NCBI GenBank assembly: GCA_963745025.1
Contig: CAVUWD010000019.1
Location: forward strand, 256,001-320,000
Direction: 5' to 3'
Origin: an uncultured delta proteobacterium
Lineage (GTDB): Bacteria > Desulfobacterota > Binatia > JACPRU01
Length of the DNA stretch: 64,000 bases
Below, piece after piece: positions 19,479 through 30,056 of this stretch. A program made the position numbers and the translations under genes. Position 1 is the stretch's first letter; each line of letters starts with the position of its first letter. The notes below the pieces were generated by a model, which ran no database searches, was not told the origin of the DNA, and worked only from the letters and a program-made list of their open reading frames with translations.

Positions 19479-20516
19479 ATGCCTGCCTCCGATCTCGCCT
19501 ACTCGAATCGAGTGCCCGACGCCCCGCAAGCGGTGGTTGCCGATCGCGCGATCCGTCTGCGCGCCGGCACGATCTCGCTCGTCGCCGCCGTCCTGATCTT
19601 CGCGGCCAAGTTCGTCGGCTATCAGCTCACCGGCTCGACGGCGATCCTCTCCGATGCGCTCGAGTCGGTCGTCAACATCGTCGCGGCGCTGTTCACGCTC
19701 GCGAGCCTCGCGATCGCCAGCCGTCCCGCCGACGAGTCCCACCCCTATGGCCACGGCAAGGTCGAGTTCCTCTCCAGCGGATTCGAGGGCGGCCTGATCG
19801 CGTTCGCGGCGCTGGTGATCGTCTACCAAGCCGGACAGGCGCTGTGGTTCGGCCAACGGATCACGTCGATCGAAGAAGGGCTCGTCTTGGTGATCGTCGC
19901 CGGCTTCGCCAACGCCTTGCTCGGCTATTTCCTCGTCCGGGCCGGACGGCGAATGCACTCGCCGGCGATCGAGGCCGACGGCCTGCACGTGCTCACCGAC
20001 TTCTGGACGAGCGCGGGTGTCGTCGTTGGCCTGGGCCTCGTCCGCATCACCGGCTGGCAAGCGCTCGATCCGCTCGTCGCCATCGCGCTCGGTGGCAACC
20101 TCGCGATCATCGGCGCGCGATTGCTGCGTCGGGCCGTGGGCGGGCTGCTCGACGAGTCGGACCGCGGGCTTCTCGCCAAGCTCACCTCGGTGATCCAGGC
20201 GGTGCGGCACCCGGGGGGCATCGCCATTCACCGGCTGCGCGCGATCCGCTCCGGCGGCGTGGTGCACGTCGATGCGCACGTGGTCGTGCCGCGCTTCTGG
20301 TCCGTGTCCGATGCACACGATTTTTCCGACGGTTTCGAGCTCGAGATCGTCAACGGAATCGGTCAGGTTGCCGAGTGCATCTTCCATCTCGACCCCTGCC
20401 GCTCCGTCTATTGTCGGAGCTGCCGGGTGCAGGACTGCCCGGTGCGTGCCCACGGGTTCGTCGGGGATCGGGATTGGTCGCTCGAGACGCTGACCAGCGA
20501 GGCTCAGGAAGAGTGA
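19479..20516 (+). CDS. Cation diffusion facilitator (FieF-like) transporter
   Basis: SDALES, HPYGHGKVE, ADGLHVLTD; Cys-rich C-terminal tail. Confidence 0.93.
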   Translation: MPASDLAYSNRVPDAPQAVVADRAIRLRAGTISLVAAVLIFAAKFVGYQLTGSTAILSDALESVVNIVAALFTLASLAIASRPADESHPYGHGKVEFLSSGFEGGLIAFAALVIVYQAGQALWFGQRITSIEEGLVLVIVAGFANALLGYFLVRAGRRMHSPAIEADGLHVLTDFWTSAGVVVGLGLVRITGWQALDPLVAIALGGNLAIIGARLLRRAVGGLLDESDRGLLAKLTSVIQAVRHPGGIAIHRLRAIRSGGVVHVDAHVVVPRFWSVSDAHDFSDGFELEIVNGIGQVAECIFHLDPCRSVYCRSCRVQDCPVRAHGFVGDRDWSLETLTSEAQEE

Positions 20517-20595
20517 CGGAGAGGAACGGTCGACGTTGCCAACGTTCCCCATTTTGGCAGATCATCAGGCTGACCCCAACCGCGAGGAGAGTCGT

Positions 20596-21519
20596 ATGAC
20601 CGAACGAGTGCGAGAAATTCTCAGCTGGTATGCAAGCGACAACCCGGGAACGCGGGCGAACTTGGCGCGCCTCCTGAACCACGGGCGTCTCGGCGGCACC
20701 GGAAAGCTCGTCATCTTGCCCGTCGACCAAGGCTTCGAGCACGGTCCGGGCCGAAGCTTCGCGGCGAATCCGGCCGGCTACGATCCGAACTACCACTTCC
20801 AGCTCGCGCTCGACGCCGGCTGCAACGCGTACGCCGCTCCGCTCGGCTTCATCGAGGGGGGCGTCGCGCAGTTTCCCGGTGCGCTTCCGCTGATCCTGAA
20901 GCTCAACAGCCACGACGTGCTCTACGACGAGAAGGACCCGTGCTCGTCGGTCACTGGCAGCGTGAAGGAAGCGCTGCGGCTGGGATGCGCGGCCGTCGGC
21001 TTCACGATCTATCCGGGCTCGTCGCGCATCCGCGAGATGTACGAGCAGCTGCGCGAGATCGCCGAGGAGGCGAAGAGCGTCGGCCTGGCCGTCGTCGTGT
21101 GGTCGTACCCGCGCGGCTCGAGCCTCAGCAAGGAAGGCGAGACCGCGATCGACGTCGTCGCCTACGCCGCGCACATCGCCGCCGAGCTCGGCGCGCACGT
21201 CGTCAAGGTCAAGGTGCCGACCGCGCACATCGAGCTCGCCGAGGCCAAGAAGGTCTACGAGAAGGAACGAATCCCCGTCGGCACGATCGCCGAGCGCGTC
21301 CGCCACGTGGTGCAGAGCGCCTTCGATGGCCGCAGAATCGTCATCTTCTCGGGTGGCGCCACGAAGGGCGACCAGGACATCTTCGAGGAGGTGCGCGGCA
21401 TCCGCGACGGCGGCGGCTTTGGCTCGATCATGGGCCGAAACTCCTTCCAGCGGAAGAAGCCTGACGCGATCAAGTTCCTCGACACGGTGATGCGGATCTA
21501 CTCCGGGGAGCTCAAGTAG
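20596..21519 (+). CDS. fbaB: Class I fructose-bisphosphate aldolase (DhnA type)
   Basis: ILPVDQGFEHGP, WSYPRG, VVKVK, GSIMGRNSFQR; GAGGAG RBS before ATG 20596. Confidence 0.93.
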   Translation: MTERVREILSWYASDNPGTRANLARLLNHGRLGGTGKLVILPVDQGFEHGPGRSFAANPAGYDPNYHFQLALDAGCNAYAAPLGFIEGGVAQFPGALPLILKLNSHDVLYDEKDPCSSVTGSVKEALRLGCAAVGFTIYPGSSRIREMYEQLREIAEEAKSVGLAVVVWSYPRGSSLSKEGETAIDVVAYAAHIAAELGAHVVKVKVPTAHIELAEAKKVYEKERIPVGTIAERVRHVVQSAFDGRRIVIFSGGATKGDQDIFEEVRGIRDGGGFGSIMGRNSFQRKKPDAIKFLDTVMRIYSGELK

Positions 21520-22997
21520 CCCTCTCGTTTCACAATACTCTGACCGGCCGGGTCGAGCCCTTCGAGCCGCTCGCTCCGGGCAAGGTCGGCATCTACGTCT
21601 GCGGGGTCACGGTCTACGACCGTTGCCACGTCGGCCATGCCCGCGTGTTCGTCGCCTTCGACGTGCTGCACCGGTATCTGCGCGCGCGTGGTTACGACGT
21701 CACGTTCGTCCGCAACATCACGGACGTGGACGACCGGATCATCGATCGCGCGCAGGCGTTGGGGATCGCGGCAGGCGAGCTTGCCGAGCGGAACATCGCC
21801 GAGTTCCACCGCGACGTCGTCGCGCTCGGCTGCTTGGCGCCGAGCCACGAGCCGCGCGCCACCGAGTGGATCGACGCCATGGTGGGGCTCATCCAGCAGC
21901 TCCTCGACAGAGGGCTCGCCTACGTCGTCGACGGTGACGTGTGCTTCTCGGTGCGCGACTTTCCGGGCTACGGAAAGCTCTCCAAGCGCCGCCTCGAAGA
22001 CATGATCGCCGGGGCGCGTGTCGAGGTCGACGAGCGAAAGCGCGATCCGATGGATTTCGCGCTCTGGAAGTCGGTCACGCCGGAGCGGGAGGCGGCCGGC
22101 GAGCCCGCGTGGGAGAGCCCTTGGGGAAGGGGACGGCCGGGCTGGCACATCGAGTGCTCGGCGATGAGCACCTCGCTCCTCGGACAACCCTTCGATCTCC
22201 ACTGCGGCGGCGAGGACCTCATCTTTCCGCATCACGAGAACGAGATCGCCCAATCCGAGGGGGCGGCGGGCATGCCGTTCGTGCGGGCGTTTCTGCACAA
22301 CAGCTTCGTGCGCATCCACGAAGAGAAGATGTCGAAGTCTCTCGGCAACGTGTTCACGATCCGCGAGCTCGTCGAGCGATTGCCCGCCGAGGCGCTGCGC
22401 CTGTTCCTGGTCTCCACGCACTACCGGAGCCCGATGGATTTTTCGCTGGAGAGCGTCGAGGAGAGCTTTCGCGCGCTCGTTCGGCTCTACGAGACGCTGG
22501 CGCGCGCCGATTGCGCGGGAGCGCAGGCGCCCGCGGCGCCCGTATCGCTGTTTCCGCCGACGGAGCGCCTCGAGGCGTTGGTTGCCGCCATGGACGACGA
22601 TCTCAACACGGCCCGCGCGATCGCCGTGCTCTTCGATCTCGTGCGCGAGATCAATCGCCTGCTCGATGCCGGCGATGTAGCGGGCGCCACGGCGGTGCGG
22701 CGCGATCTTGCCGCCGCCGTGACCGTCCTCGGTATCGGCGAGCGACGCGCCGAGGAGTTCCTCGACGCCGAGCGGGCGCGCGCTCTCGCGGCGGCGGGGC
22801 AGACGGCCGCCGACGTCGAGCGCGCGATCGCCGAGCGCGCGGCGGCGCGGGCCGCCAGAGATTGGCCGCGCGCCGACGCGCTTCGTCGCGGTCTGCTGCA
22901 GGCGGGCATCGCGCTCGAGGATGGCGCCTCCGGCACGACGTGGCGGCCGGCGAGCTGGGGCCTGGATCCGTCGGGGCGGAAGGGCGGTCGGCGATGA
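21516..22997 (+). CDS. cysS: Cysteine--tRNA ligase (no canonical start codon)
   Basis: In-frame HNTLTG..YVCGVTVYDRCHVGHAR (HIGH motif) lies upstream of the ORF-track start at 21645; DFALWK, GRPGWHIECS, FPHHENE, KMSKS. Confidence 0.93.
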   Translation, partial: VALSFHNTLTGRVEPFEPLAPGKVGIYVCGVTVYDRCHVGHARVFVAFDVLHRYLRARGYDVTFVRNITDVDDRIIDRAQALGIAAGELAERNIAEFHRDVVALGCLAPSHEPRATEWIDAMVGLIQQLLDRGLAYVVDGDVCFSVRDFPGYGKLSKRRLEDMIAGARVEVDERKRDPMDFALWKSVTPEREAAGEPAWESPWGRGRPGWHIECSAMSTSLLGQPFDLHCGGEDLIFPHHENEIAQSEGAAGMPFVRAFLHNSFVRIHEEKMSKSLGNVFTIRELVERLPAEALRLFLVSTHYRSPMDFSLESVEESFRALVRLYETLARADCAGAQAPAAPVSLFPPTERLEALVAAMDDDLNTARAIAVLFDLVREINRLLDAGDVAGATAVRRDLAAAVTVLGIGERRAEEFLDAERARALAAAGQTAADVERAIAERAAARAARDWPRADALRRGLLQAGIALEDGASGTTWRPASWGLDPSGRKGGRR

Positions 22998-23110
22998 GCA
23001 CCGAGCTCCACGAGCGGATGCTGTCGATCGAAACGCAGCCGCTCGACGGCGATCGGCTCGCCGTTCATGCCGAGCTGCGCGACGTTCGCCACGTCGACAT
23101 GCCCAGCGTC
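22994..23110 (+). pseudogene. N-terminal stub resembling a DUF2889-family protein
   Basis: ATGA coupling to cysS; MSTELHERMLSIETQPLDGDRLAVHAELRDVRH, after which protein-like sequence is lost. Confidence 0.4.
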
Positions 23111-23266
23111 TGGTCGGGCCGGAGGTTCAGCCGCGCGAGCAACGCTCAGGTGGGGAGCTGTCACATGTGGCGGGCCGATGGCCCGTTGGCGAGCGTGGAA
23201 GGCTCGCCTAACCCGCGCGAATCGGTGTAACCTGGTAGCCGGGCGAAGTGCCAAGGGGAGGAACGC

Positions 23267-23893
23267 ATGAGCAGGAGCCGACAGGGTTTCGCAACGCTCG
23301 TCCTGGGTCTGGCCTGGCTATCGTTCTCGGCCGGGCAAGTGGTCGCACAGAAGGTCTACAAGTGGACCGACAAAGACGGAAAGGTCCATTTCTCCAACGT
23401 GTCGCCGGGTGGCGAGAGCACCACCGAGGACACCGGGGCGGTCAAAGGGATCGAGGCGCAGAGTCCCGAGGCGCAGAGTCCTCCTGTCGCGCAAGCCGAA
23501 ACCACCGCGCAGGCTGACCGCGAGGCCGCGGCTCCTGCCGAGAGCTCCAGTTCGTCCGCCATCTCCGAGGAGGCGTTCTCCTCGAACGCCAGCATGACGC
23601 GCATGCGGCTCAAGCGCGAACTCGCGGACGCAAAACAGCAATCGGCCGATGCCGAAACCAAGCTCGCCGCGCTGAGAAAGATGGATACGCAGGCTTCGCA
23701 GGTCGGGATCGAGATGCTGCAGAAGGCCTACGGTCCGAACGCGAACGACACCGGCGAGGAAGACGCGCTACGCAAGCAGAAGCAGAACGCCGACAAGCGG
23801 ATCGAAGAGATTCGCAAGCAGTATGCCGATCTCCACGACGAGGCCGTCAAGCGCTTCGGGCACCAGCCGAGCTGGTGGCTGCCGATCGAATGA
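23267..23893 (+). CDS. DUF4124-domain secreted coiled-coil protein
   Basis: Signal peptide plus VYKWTDKDGKVHFSN; GGGAGG RBS. Confidence 0.88.
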   Translation: MSRSRQGFATLVLGLAWLSFSAGQVVAQKVYKWTDKDGKVHFSNVSPGGESTTEDTGAVKGIEAQSPEAQSPPVAQAETTAQADREAAAPAESSSSSAISEEAFSSNASMTRMRLKRELADAKQQSADAETKLAALRKMDTQASQVGIEMLQKAYGPNANDTGEEDALRKQKQNADKRIEEIRKQYADLHDEAVKRFGHQPSWWLPIE

Positions 23894-23895
23894 GA

Positions 23896-23948
23896 GGCTA
23901 CAGGCTACGGGAAAGGACTCAGAAAATCGTTGCCCGTAGCCTGTAGCC
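23896..23948. terminator. Inverted heptamer-repeat hairpin between convergent genes
   Basis: Perfect 16-bp arms GGCTACAGGCTACGGG / CCCGTAGCCTGTAGCC. Confidence 0.6.
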
Positions 23949-23959
23949 CGTAGCTCTCC

Positions 23960-24856
23960 TCAAGCGACTCGAAACGGCACCTCGCGTCCTTCCTTCAGCG
24001 CCCGCACCGCCTCGACGACCCCTTCGGCGATCTTGGTGGCGAGCCCCGGGTGCCATCCTGCCGCGTGCGGCGTGACCAGGACGCGCGGCCCGGCGTAGCG
24101 TGACAGATCCGTCGGCTCCTCGGGAAAGACGTCGAGCCCGAGGCCCGCAAGGTGACCCTCGTGCACCGCATCGATGGCGGCCTCGACGTCGAGGAGCGCG
24201 CCGCGGGCGGTGTTGACGAGGACGGCACCGCGCTGCATCGCGCGGATCTCTGCTCGACCGATCATGCCGCGGTTGGAAGGTGTAAGCTCGCAGTGGAGCG
24301 TCACCACGGTACTGTCGCGCAACAGCTCCGGGAGCGAAACCCCGCCAGCGAGGACGGGGTCGCAGCGAAGCACCCGGCCACCGAGCGCCTCGAGCAGCTC
24401 CGCCATTCGTGAGCCGATCACGCCGACGCCGACTACGCCGACCGTCCCGAGCAGAGTCGCCCCGTAGTCGGCCAGCCGGGGCCGTTCCCAGCGCCCGGCT
24501 CGCGCCGCTTCCTGAAAACAGCCGAGGCGGCGGGTGAGAGAGAAGACCATGCCGAGCGTCGTCTCGACCACCGCATCGCGGCGGACGAGCGGCAAACGAG
24601 CGCAGAGAATTCGGGCTCGGCGCAGCGCCGCGAGATCGATCTGGTCGAAGCCCGACGTCGTCGTCACGACGAGCTTGCAACGCCGAAGTCGTTCCGTGAC
24701 GGTCGCATCGACCCGCACGGTGCTCGGCACGACCAGGACGTCGGCTTCCTCGAGCGGCGCCGCGGGCCCGGCCCGTGCGACCGCCTCGACCCCTGCAGGC
24801 AAACCCGGCAGCTCGGGCGACTCGTACTCCGACCATCCCCAACGAAGAACCTTCAT
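23960..24856 (-). CDS. D-isomer-specific 2-hydroxyacid dehydrogenase
   Basis: GVVGVGVIG, LVNTARG, GLDVFPEEP, VTPHAAG. Confidence 0.9.
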   Translation of the reverse strand: MKVLRWGWSEYESPELPGLPAGVEAVARAGPAAPLEEADVLVVPSTVRVDATVTERLRRCKLVVTTTSGFDQIDLAALRRARILCARLPLVRRDAVVETTLGMVFSLTRRLGCFQEAARAGRWERPRLADYGATLLGTVGVVGVGVIGSRMAELLEALGGRVLRCDPVLAGGVSLPELLRDSTVVTLHCELTPSNRGMIGRAEIRAMQRGAVLVNTARGALLDVEAAIDAVHEGHLAGLGLDVFPEEPTDLSRYAGPRVLVTPHAAGWHPGLATKIAEGVVEAVRALKEGREVPFRVA

Positions 24857-24909
24857 GGCGCCGTTATAGCCCCCTTTCCATCTCCGACGTAGGCTCCTAG
24901 AGTCGGGGC

Positions 24910-26043
24910 GTGCGCCTGGAGGTGAAGCAACGGATCGCCGAAGTCTCGCCGGGGGATTGGAACGCGCTCGTCGGTGACGGCTCGCCTTTCCTCGAGTGGG
25001 AATGGCTCGCCTCACTCGAGGAAGCGGGCTGTGTTTCTGCGGGCACGGGGTGGCTGCCCCAGCATCTGACGCTCTGGGAGGGCAAGGAGCTCGTCGGCGC
25101 CTGTCCGCTCTATGTCAAGGCGCACAGCATGGGCGAGTTTGTCTTCGATCACGGCTGGGCGGAAGCCGCCGAACGCGGCGGCATCGCCTACTATCCGAAG
25201 CTGCTCGTCGCCGTGCCGTTCACGCCGGCGAGCGGTGCCCGCTTCCTCAGCCGCAGCCCGGCGGATCGCTCCGGCGTGATTCGAGCGCTCGGCGAAGGGC
25301 TGAAGCAGATCTGCCGCCAGAACGATTTCTCATCGGTGCACGTCAACTTCTGTCTCCCGGACGAGGTCGAAGGGCTCTCCTCGGTCGGCTTCGAGCACCG
25401 CGCGGGCTATCAGTACCAATGGGAGAACCCCGGCTGGCGGAGCTTCGAGGAGTATCTGGCGGCGCTCAAGAGCAAGCGCCGTACGCAGGTGCGCCGCGAG
25501 CGCCGGGAGATCGCGGCGCAGGGGATCGAGCTCGAGGTGCTCGTCGGCGACGAGATTCCCGACGCGCTCTTCCCGCTCATGTTCCGGCTCTACCACTCGA
25601 CGATCGATAAGCTCTACTGGGGCCGGCAGTACCTGAACCGGACGCTCTTCGATCTACTGCGCGAGCGCTGGAAACAGCGGCTCTGTTTCGTGGTGGCGCG
25701 CCGCGGCGGGAGCATCATCGCCGGCACGTTCAACGTCCGCAAGCACGACGTGCTCTATGGACGCTACTGGGGCAGCTTCGAGGAGATCCGTTTCCTGCAC
25801 TTCGACGTGTGCTACTACGCGGCGATCGAATACTGCCTGGAGACCGGAATCCGCCGCTTCGAGCCGGGCGCGGGCGGTGAATTCAAGCATCTTCGCGGCT
25901 TCGATGCGCGGCCGACCGACAGCATGCACTACCTCGCCGATCCGCGGCTCGCGCGCGCCATCGCCGACTATCTCGCCCGCGAGCGCCGTGCCGTCGAGCA
26001 TCACATCGCGCAGATGGACGAGCGCAGCGCGCTGCGGCGTTGA
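24910..26043 (+). CDS. GNAT-fold FemAB-like protein (DUF482)
   Basis: YVKAHSMGEFVFDHGWA, YYPKLLVAVPFTP, LYGRYWG, FEPGAGGEFK. Confidence 0.92.
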   Translation: MRLEVKQRIAEVSPGDWNALVGDGSPFLEWEWLASLEEAGCVSAGTGWLPQHLTLWEGKELVGACPLYVKAHSMGEFVFDHGWAEAAERGGIAYYPKLLVAVPFTPASGARFLSRSPADRSGVIRALGEGLKQICRQNDFSSVHVNFCLPDEVEGLSSVGFEHRAGYQYQWENPGWRSFEEYLAALKSKRRTQVRRERREIAAQGIELEVLVGDEIPDALFPLMFRLYHSTIDKLYWGRQYLNRTLFDLLRERWKQRLCFVVARRGGSIIAGTFNVRKHDVLYGRYWGSFEEIRFLHFDVCYYAAIEYCLETGIRRFEPGAGGEFKHLRGFDARPTDSMHYLADPRLARAIADYLARERRAVEHHIAQMDERSALRR

Positions 26044-26128
26044 CCCGCGTGCGCGTGATGACGAGCGCGGAATCGGCGAGGGCAAATTCGCGTTGGTCAC
26101 GGGGGATCGGGAATCGGCCGGTAGCCGG

Positions 26129-26719
26129 TCACAGGGCGAGCCCAGCTTCTCGCAGCCGCTGCTCGAGGAGCGGTAGTCGGTCGTGGCCCCAGAAGGGCTC
26201 GCCGTGGAAGACGAACAGCGGCACGCCGAAGACGTGATCGGCGGCGGCCTCTTCCTGCGCGCGCTGGTATTCGCGCGCGCCGCCTGCGGAAAGGTACTCG
26301 CCAAACGCGGCGGCGGACAAGCCGAGGCCGGCCAGCACCTCGCCGATGTCGGCGGCCTGATCCAACTCCAGCTCGCGGCGAAAGAACCGCTCGTAAACCG
26401 TGCGGCTGTAGTCGAGCAGACGCCCATGGGCCTCCGCGAAGAGGCCGCCGATCAGCGCCGGCGTCGTATCGTAGACTTTCAACGGCCCGCGAATCACCAG
26501 GCCGCGCGGCTTCGCGAACCGCCGAGCATCGAGATACGAGTATCGCGCCTTGTACTCGGAATAGACGCTGCGCTCCCCCTTTCCCTTGATGCGCAGCTGG
26601 AAGGGAATCCAGCGCAGGCAAATCCGGTAGCGGTCGCCGAGCGCGAAGGCGGGATCGAACGCGAGATACGCGAACGGGCTCTTGTAGTCGGAGTACATTT
26701 TCACTTCCGTGAGCGACAC
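26129..26719 (-). CDS. DsbA-like 2-hydroxychromene-2-carboxylate isomerase family protein
   Basis: YSDYKSPFAYL, VFGVPLF..GEPFWGHDRL. Confidence 0.9.
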   Translation of the reverse strand: MSLTEVKMYSDYKSPFAYLAFDPAFALGDRYRICLRWIPFQLRIKGKGERSVYSEYKARYSYLDARRFAKPRGLVIRGPLKVYDTTPALIGGLFAEAHGRLLDYSRTVYERFFRRELELDQAADIGEVLAGLGLSAAAFGEYLSAGGAREYQRAQEEAAADHVFGVPLFVFHGEPFWGHDRLPLLEQRLREAGLAL

Positions 26720-26872
26720 CGTATAACCTCTCGGTAGGACGTCCTCATCCTCTCGATTCTTGCTGATTCTCACCGCCGCGGCAGGTTGGCGGGAATTGGC
26801 TGGAATTCGCTCGTGTCAGCGATGCGATCCATGCCAACCGTGCGATGGGAGCCGCTGTCGGCTCCTACTCCG

Positions 26873-28141
26873 CTACGCCATGTCCGCCGCCGACTCACGG
26901 TCAGTCCCCCAGGAGCGTCGAAGGATCTCGTCGAGAGCCGGCTTCACCTCGCGCATGAAGAGGCGAAGGTCCTCGATGACGCTCTCCTTCGGCTGCTGCG
27001 CGTAATGGTAGATGAGCACCGCGTACTCGGCAGGGAGCTCCCGCCACTGTCGTACGAACTCGTCGCGGACGTCCGCCGCGCCACCGGCGATGAAGAGGCC
27101 CGAGGCGAGCATCGGCGCGACCGTGTCCTCGCGCGTGGCATCGCTCGCCACCCCCGCTTGACTGCCGATGCGGGACAGGAAGGGCCCGTAGAAGTGCTTG
27201 AAGATGTCGCCGTCGTAGAGTGCGAGCTTTTCGAGCCCCTCTTTGCGGCTCGCGCCGATCCGAGGCCAGCGGACGATCGCCTGGTTCTCGCCCAGGGCAA
27301 ATCCCCGGCCGGCCGCGGCAGCGGCGGATACGTAGGTCGGTCCGTAGCTTCCCGCGCGGCCGATGCTCGAGAAGTACGTCGGAACGAAGCCGTGTCGCGC
27401 GGCCCACTCGATCGTCTCGAGGCTCGCGTTGCTCGACACGAAGACGGGCGGATGCGGCCGTGTGAACGGCGCGGGGACGACGCTCACGCGCCGGATCGCT
27501 CCCTGTCCATCGATCTCGCCGGGGGCGCCGAGCACGCGCGTCCATTCGACCATCGGCCATTCGCGGCCGCCCGTTTCGTACGGATACGGGATCTGCCAGA
27601 CCCGGGAGTGATGCTCGATCGAATCCTCGGTCCACGCGCGCAGCACGAGGTCCACCTGCTCCTCGAAGAGCTTGCGGTTTTCCCGGTCGGCGGGCGATCC
27701 GTCGGAGAGCGCCGCGACGCCGCCGAGGTGCTGACCGAGCACGTCGGTCCAGCGGGACTGATAGCCTCGCGCGAAGCCAACGAAGCAGCGGCCGCGGGAC
27801 AGATGATCGAGGATCGCGGTCTCCTCCGCCACGCGAATCGGGTTTTGGGCGCTCATCACGTAGCCGAGCTGGCCGACGCGCACCTTGTTGGTGATTGCTG
27901 CCCAATACGCGTTCAGCACGCCGGGGTTCGGCCCGACCTCGTAGCCCTCGGAATGAAAGTGATGCTCGATCGTCGCCACGCCCCACACGCCGAGGTCGTC
28001 CGCCGCCCTCACGATGTCGTGCCAGCCCGCGAGCGTCTCCTGATAGCGGGCAGCGTTGCGTCCGATCGGCCGCAGGCGGCGCCGCTCGTCCTCGTCGGCG
28101 GCGGGGATCACGGGATAGAGTTGGACGATGACCTTCAGCAT
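26873..28141 (-). CDS. LLM-class (luciferase-like) flavin-dependent oxidoreductase
   Basis: IEHHFHSEGY, NPIRVAEETAILDHLSRGR, GFARGYQ, PHPPVF. Confidence 0.92.
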   Translation of the reverse strand: MLKVIVQLYPVIPAADEDERRRLRPIGRNAARYQETLAGWHDIVRAADDLGVWGVATIEHHFHSEGYEVGPNPGVLNAYWAAITNKVRVGQLGYVMSAQNPIRVAEETAILDHLSRGRCFVGFARGYQSRWTDVLGQHLGGVAALSDGSPADRENRKLFEEQVDLVLRAWTEDSIEHHSRVWQIPYPYETGGREWPMVEWTRVLGAPGEIDGQGAIRRVSVVPAPFTRPHPPVFVSSNASLETIEWAARHGFVPTYFSSIGRAGSYGPTYVSAAAAAGRGFALGENQAIVRWPRIGASRKEGLEKLALYDGDIFKHFYGPFLSRIGSQAGVASDATREDTVAPMLASGLFIAGGAADVRDEFVRQWRELPAEYAVLIYHYAQQPKESVIEDLRLFMREVKPALDEILRRSWGTDRESAADMA

Positions 28142-28349
28142 GGCTCTTCCTCCGTCGCGCGAGAGACGAGTCGGTCGTATCGTCGTCGCGCGGCGCTCGT
28201 CAACGGCAGATCGCTCGCGATGAAGGCCGGGCAAAATGCGAGCATTAGCGAGGTCGACGCTGCGGGGCGCCGTTCCGGACGGCTTCAGGAAAGGCGGCGT
28301 TCAGGCGACGCCTTCCTTCGGATCGCGGGGATCGAAGTGGTCGCGTTGG

Positions 28350-29795
28350 TCAGGCAGAGAGGGGTGGCTTGCGGCCCGCCCAGGGCGCCGCGTGCTCGAG
28401 CTGCGCCGCCACACGGATGAGCAGGTCCTCCCGAGCGTATGCCGCCACCAGGTGCACGCCGACTGGCAGACCCTCGCGCGTCCAGTGAAGCGGCAGGGAG
28501 ATCCCCGGCTGCCCGGTGACGTTGAACGGAGGCGTAAAGGGGATGACCTCGAGGTTGCGCAGCCATCTCTTCCGCGGGTCGCCGCCCGGCCCTCCGAGGT
28601 CGCCGAGCACGGGCGGCGGCTCGGAGATGGTGGGCGTCACCAGGAGATCGTGACCCTCCGCCCACCACGACGCCATCCGGCGGCTCCAGCTCTGGAGCCA
28701 CTCCGCGGCGGTGATGTACTGCCGGGCCGTCACCTTGCGACCCTCCTCGACGAAGTTCCAGGTGTACGGTTCGACGTCCTCGGGCCTCACCTCGCGGCCG
28801 ACGAGCGCTCCGATCATGTCGATCGCCTGCGCGGAATGACCGTCGACGAGCGTCATGAAGTGGCTCGTCATCTCGGCCTCATCGTACGCCGCGGGGTAGG
28901 AGAGCTCCACGCGGTGGCCGAGCGACTCGAGGAGCCGGCCGGCGCTCTCGACGGCCCTCACGCACTCGGGATGAAGCGGCCGGCGGTTGTTGGGCTCGCG
29001 GGTCATGAGCCCGATGCGGAGCTTTCCCGCATCCCGCCCAACCTCCGCGGCGAACGGCCGCTCCGGCGGCGGCGCGAAGTAGGGGTCGCCCGTCATCGGA
29101 CCGGAAACGACGTCGAGGAGCGCCGCCGAATCGCGCACCGAGCGGCTCACCACGCCCTCGGTCGCGAGTCCGTGCCAGAACTCGCCGGCCACTGGACCGA
29201 GCGAGATCCGGCCGCGAGTCGGCTTGAGGCCGACGATGCCACACTCGCTCGCCGGAATGCGAATCGAGCCGCCCCCGTCGCTCGCGCTTGCCGCGGGCAC
29301 GAGGCGCGCGGCCACGGCTGCGGCGCTCCCACCGCTCGACCCGCCCGTGGAGTGAGCCGGGTTCCAGGGGTTGCGCGTCGGTCCATAGGCGAGCGGCTCG
29401 GTAGTCCCGGCGAGCCCCAGCTCCGGAGTGTTGGTCCTGCCGACGATCACGAGCCCCGCCAGCCGAAACCGCGTGATGATGAAGCTATCCGCCGGCCCGA
29501 CGAAACCGAGCTTCTTCAGGAACTGCATGCCGTTGTGGTTGGGATCGCCGGCGCTGGTCGACACCAGATCCTTCAGCAGGAAAGGCACCCCGCGGAATGG
29601 TCCGTCGGGAAGGTCGGGCGAGTCGGCGAGTGCGCGCGCCTTCTCGAAGAGGGGGATGATGACGGCGTTGATCTTCGGGTTGAGCGTCTCGATGCGCGCG
29701 ATCGCGGCGTCGACGAGTTCCCGCGGCGAGATCTCCTTCCGGCGGACCAGATCGGCCTGGCCGGTGGCGTCGAGGTCGGAGTACGGGTCGCTCAT
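28350..29795 (-). CDS. Amidase-signature family amidase
   Basis: [32 protein letters not shown]. Confidence 0.95.
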   Translation of the reverse strand: MSDPYSDLDATGQADLVRRKEISPRELVDAAIARIETLNPKINAVIIPLFEKARALADSPDLPDGPFRGVPFLLKDLVSTSAGDPNHNGMQFLKKLGFVGPADSFIITRFRLAGLVIVGRTNTPELGLAGTTEPLAYGPTRNPWNPAHSTGGSSGGSAAAVAARLVPAASASDGGGSIRIPASECGIVGLKPTRGRISLGPVAGEFWHGLATEGVVSRSVRDSAALLDVVSGPMTGDPYFAPPPERPFAAEVGRDAGKLRIGLMTREPNNRRPLHPECVRAVESAGRLLESLGHRVELSYPAAYDEAEMTSHFMTLVDGHSAQAIDMIGALVGREVRPEDVEPYTWNFVEEGRKVTARQYITAAEWLQSWSRRMASWWAEGHDLLVTPTISEPPPVLGDLGGPGGDPRKRWLRNLEVIPFTPPFNVTGQPGISLPLHWTREGLPVGVHLVAAYAREDLLIRVAAQLEHAAPWAGRKPPLSA

Positions 29796-30056
29796 CGAGG
29801 ACCTCCCATCTAACGTTGCCCCGCGGTTCTTCGGCGCGCCATATGTCGAAGCGGGGCGGCCGTCAATCTGCTTGTCGGCTAGAGATCCATGGCCATCAAG
29901 CTGTGTCCCTGGGTAACCGCGTGGATCGGAGCCTCGAGACAGAGGAGGGGGAAGACCCTTGAGCGAATCCGCGGGCCGCAAGGCGAGCGAATCCTGAGCA
30001 GGCGTCGAAAAGGGACGTCGTGGACGTTTTCTGCCAGGCGAAAGGTAGAGCTCGAC

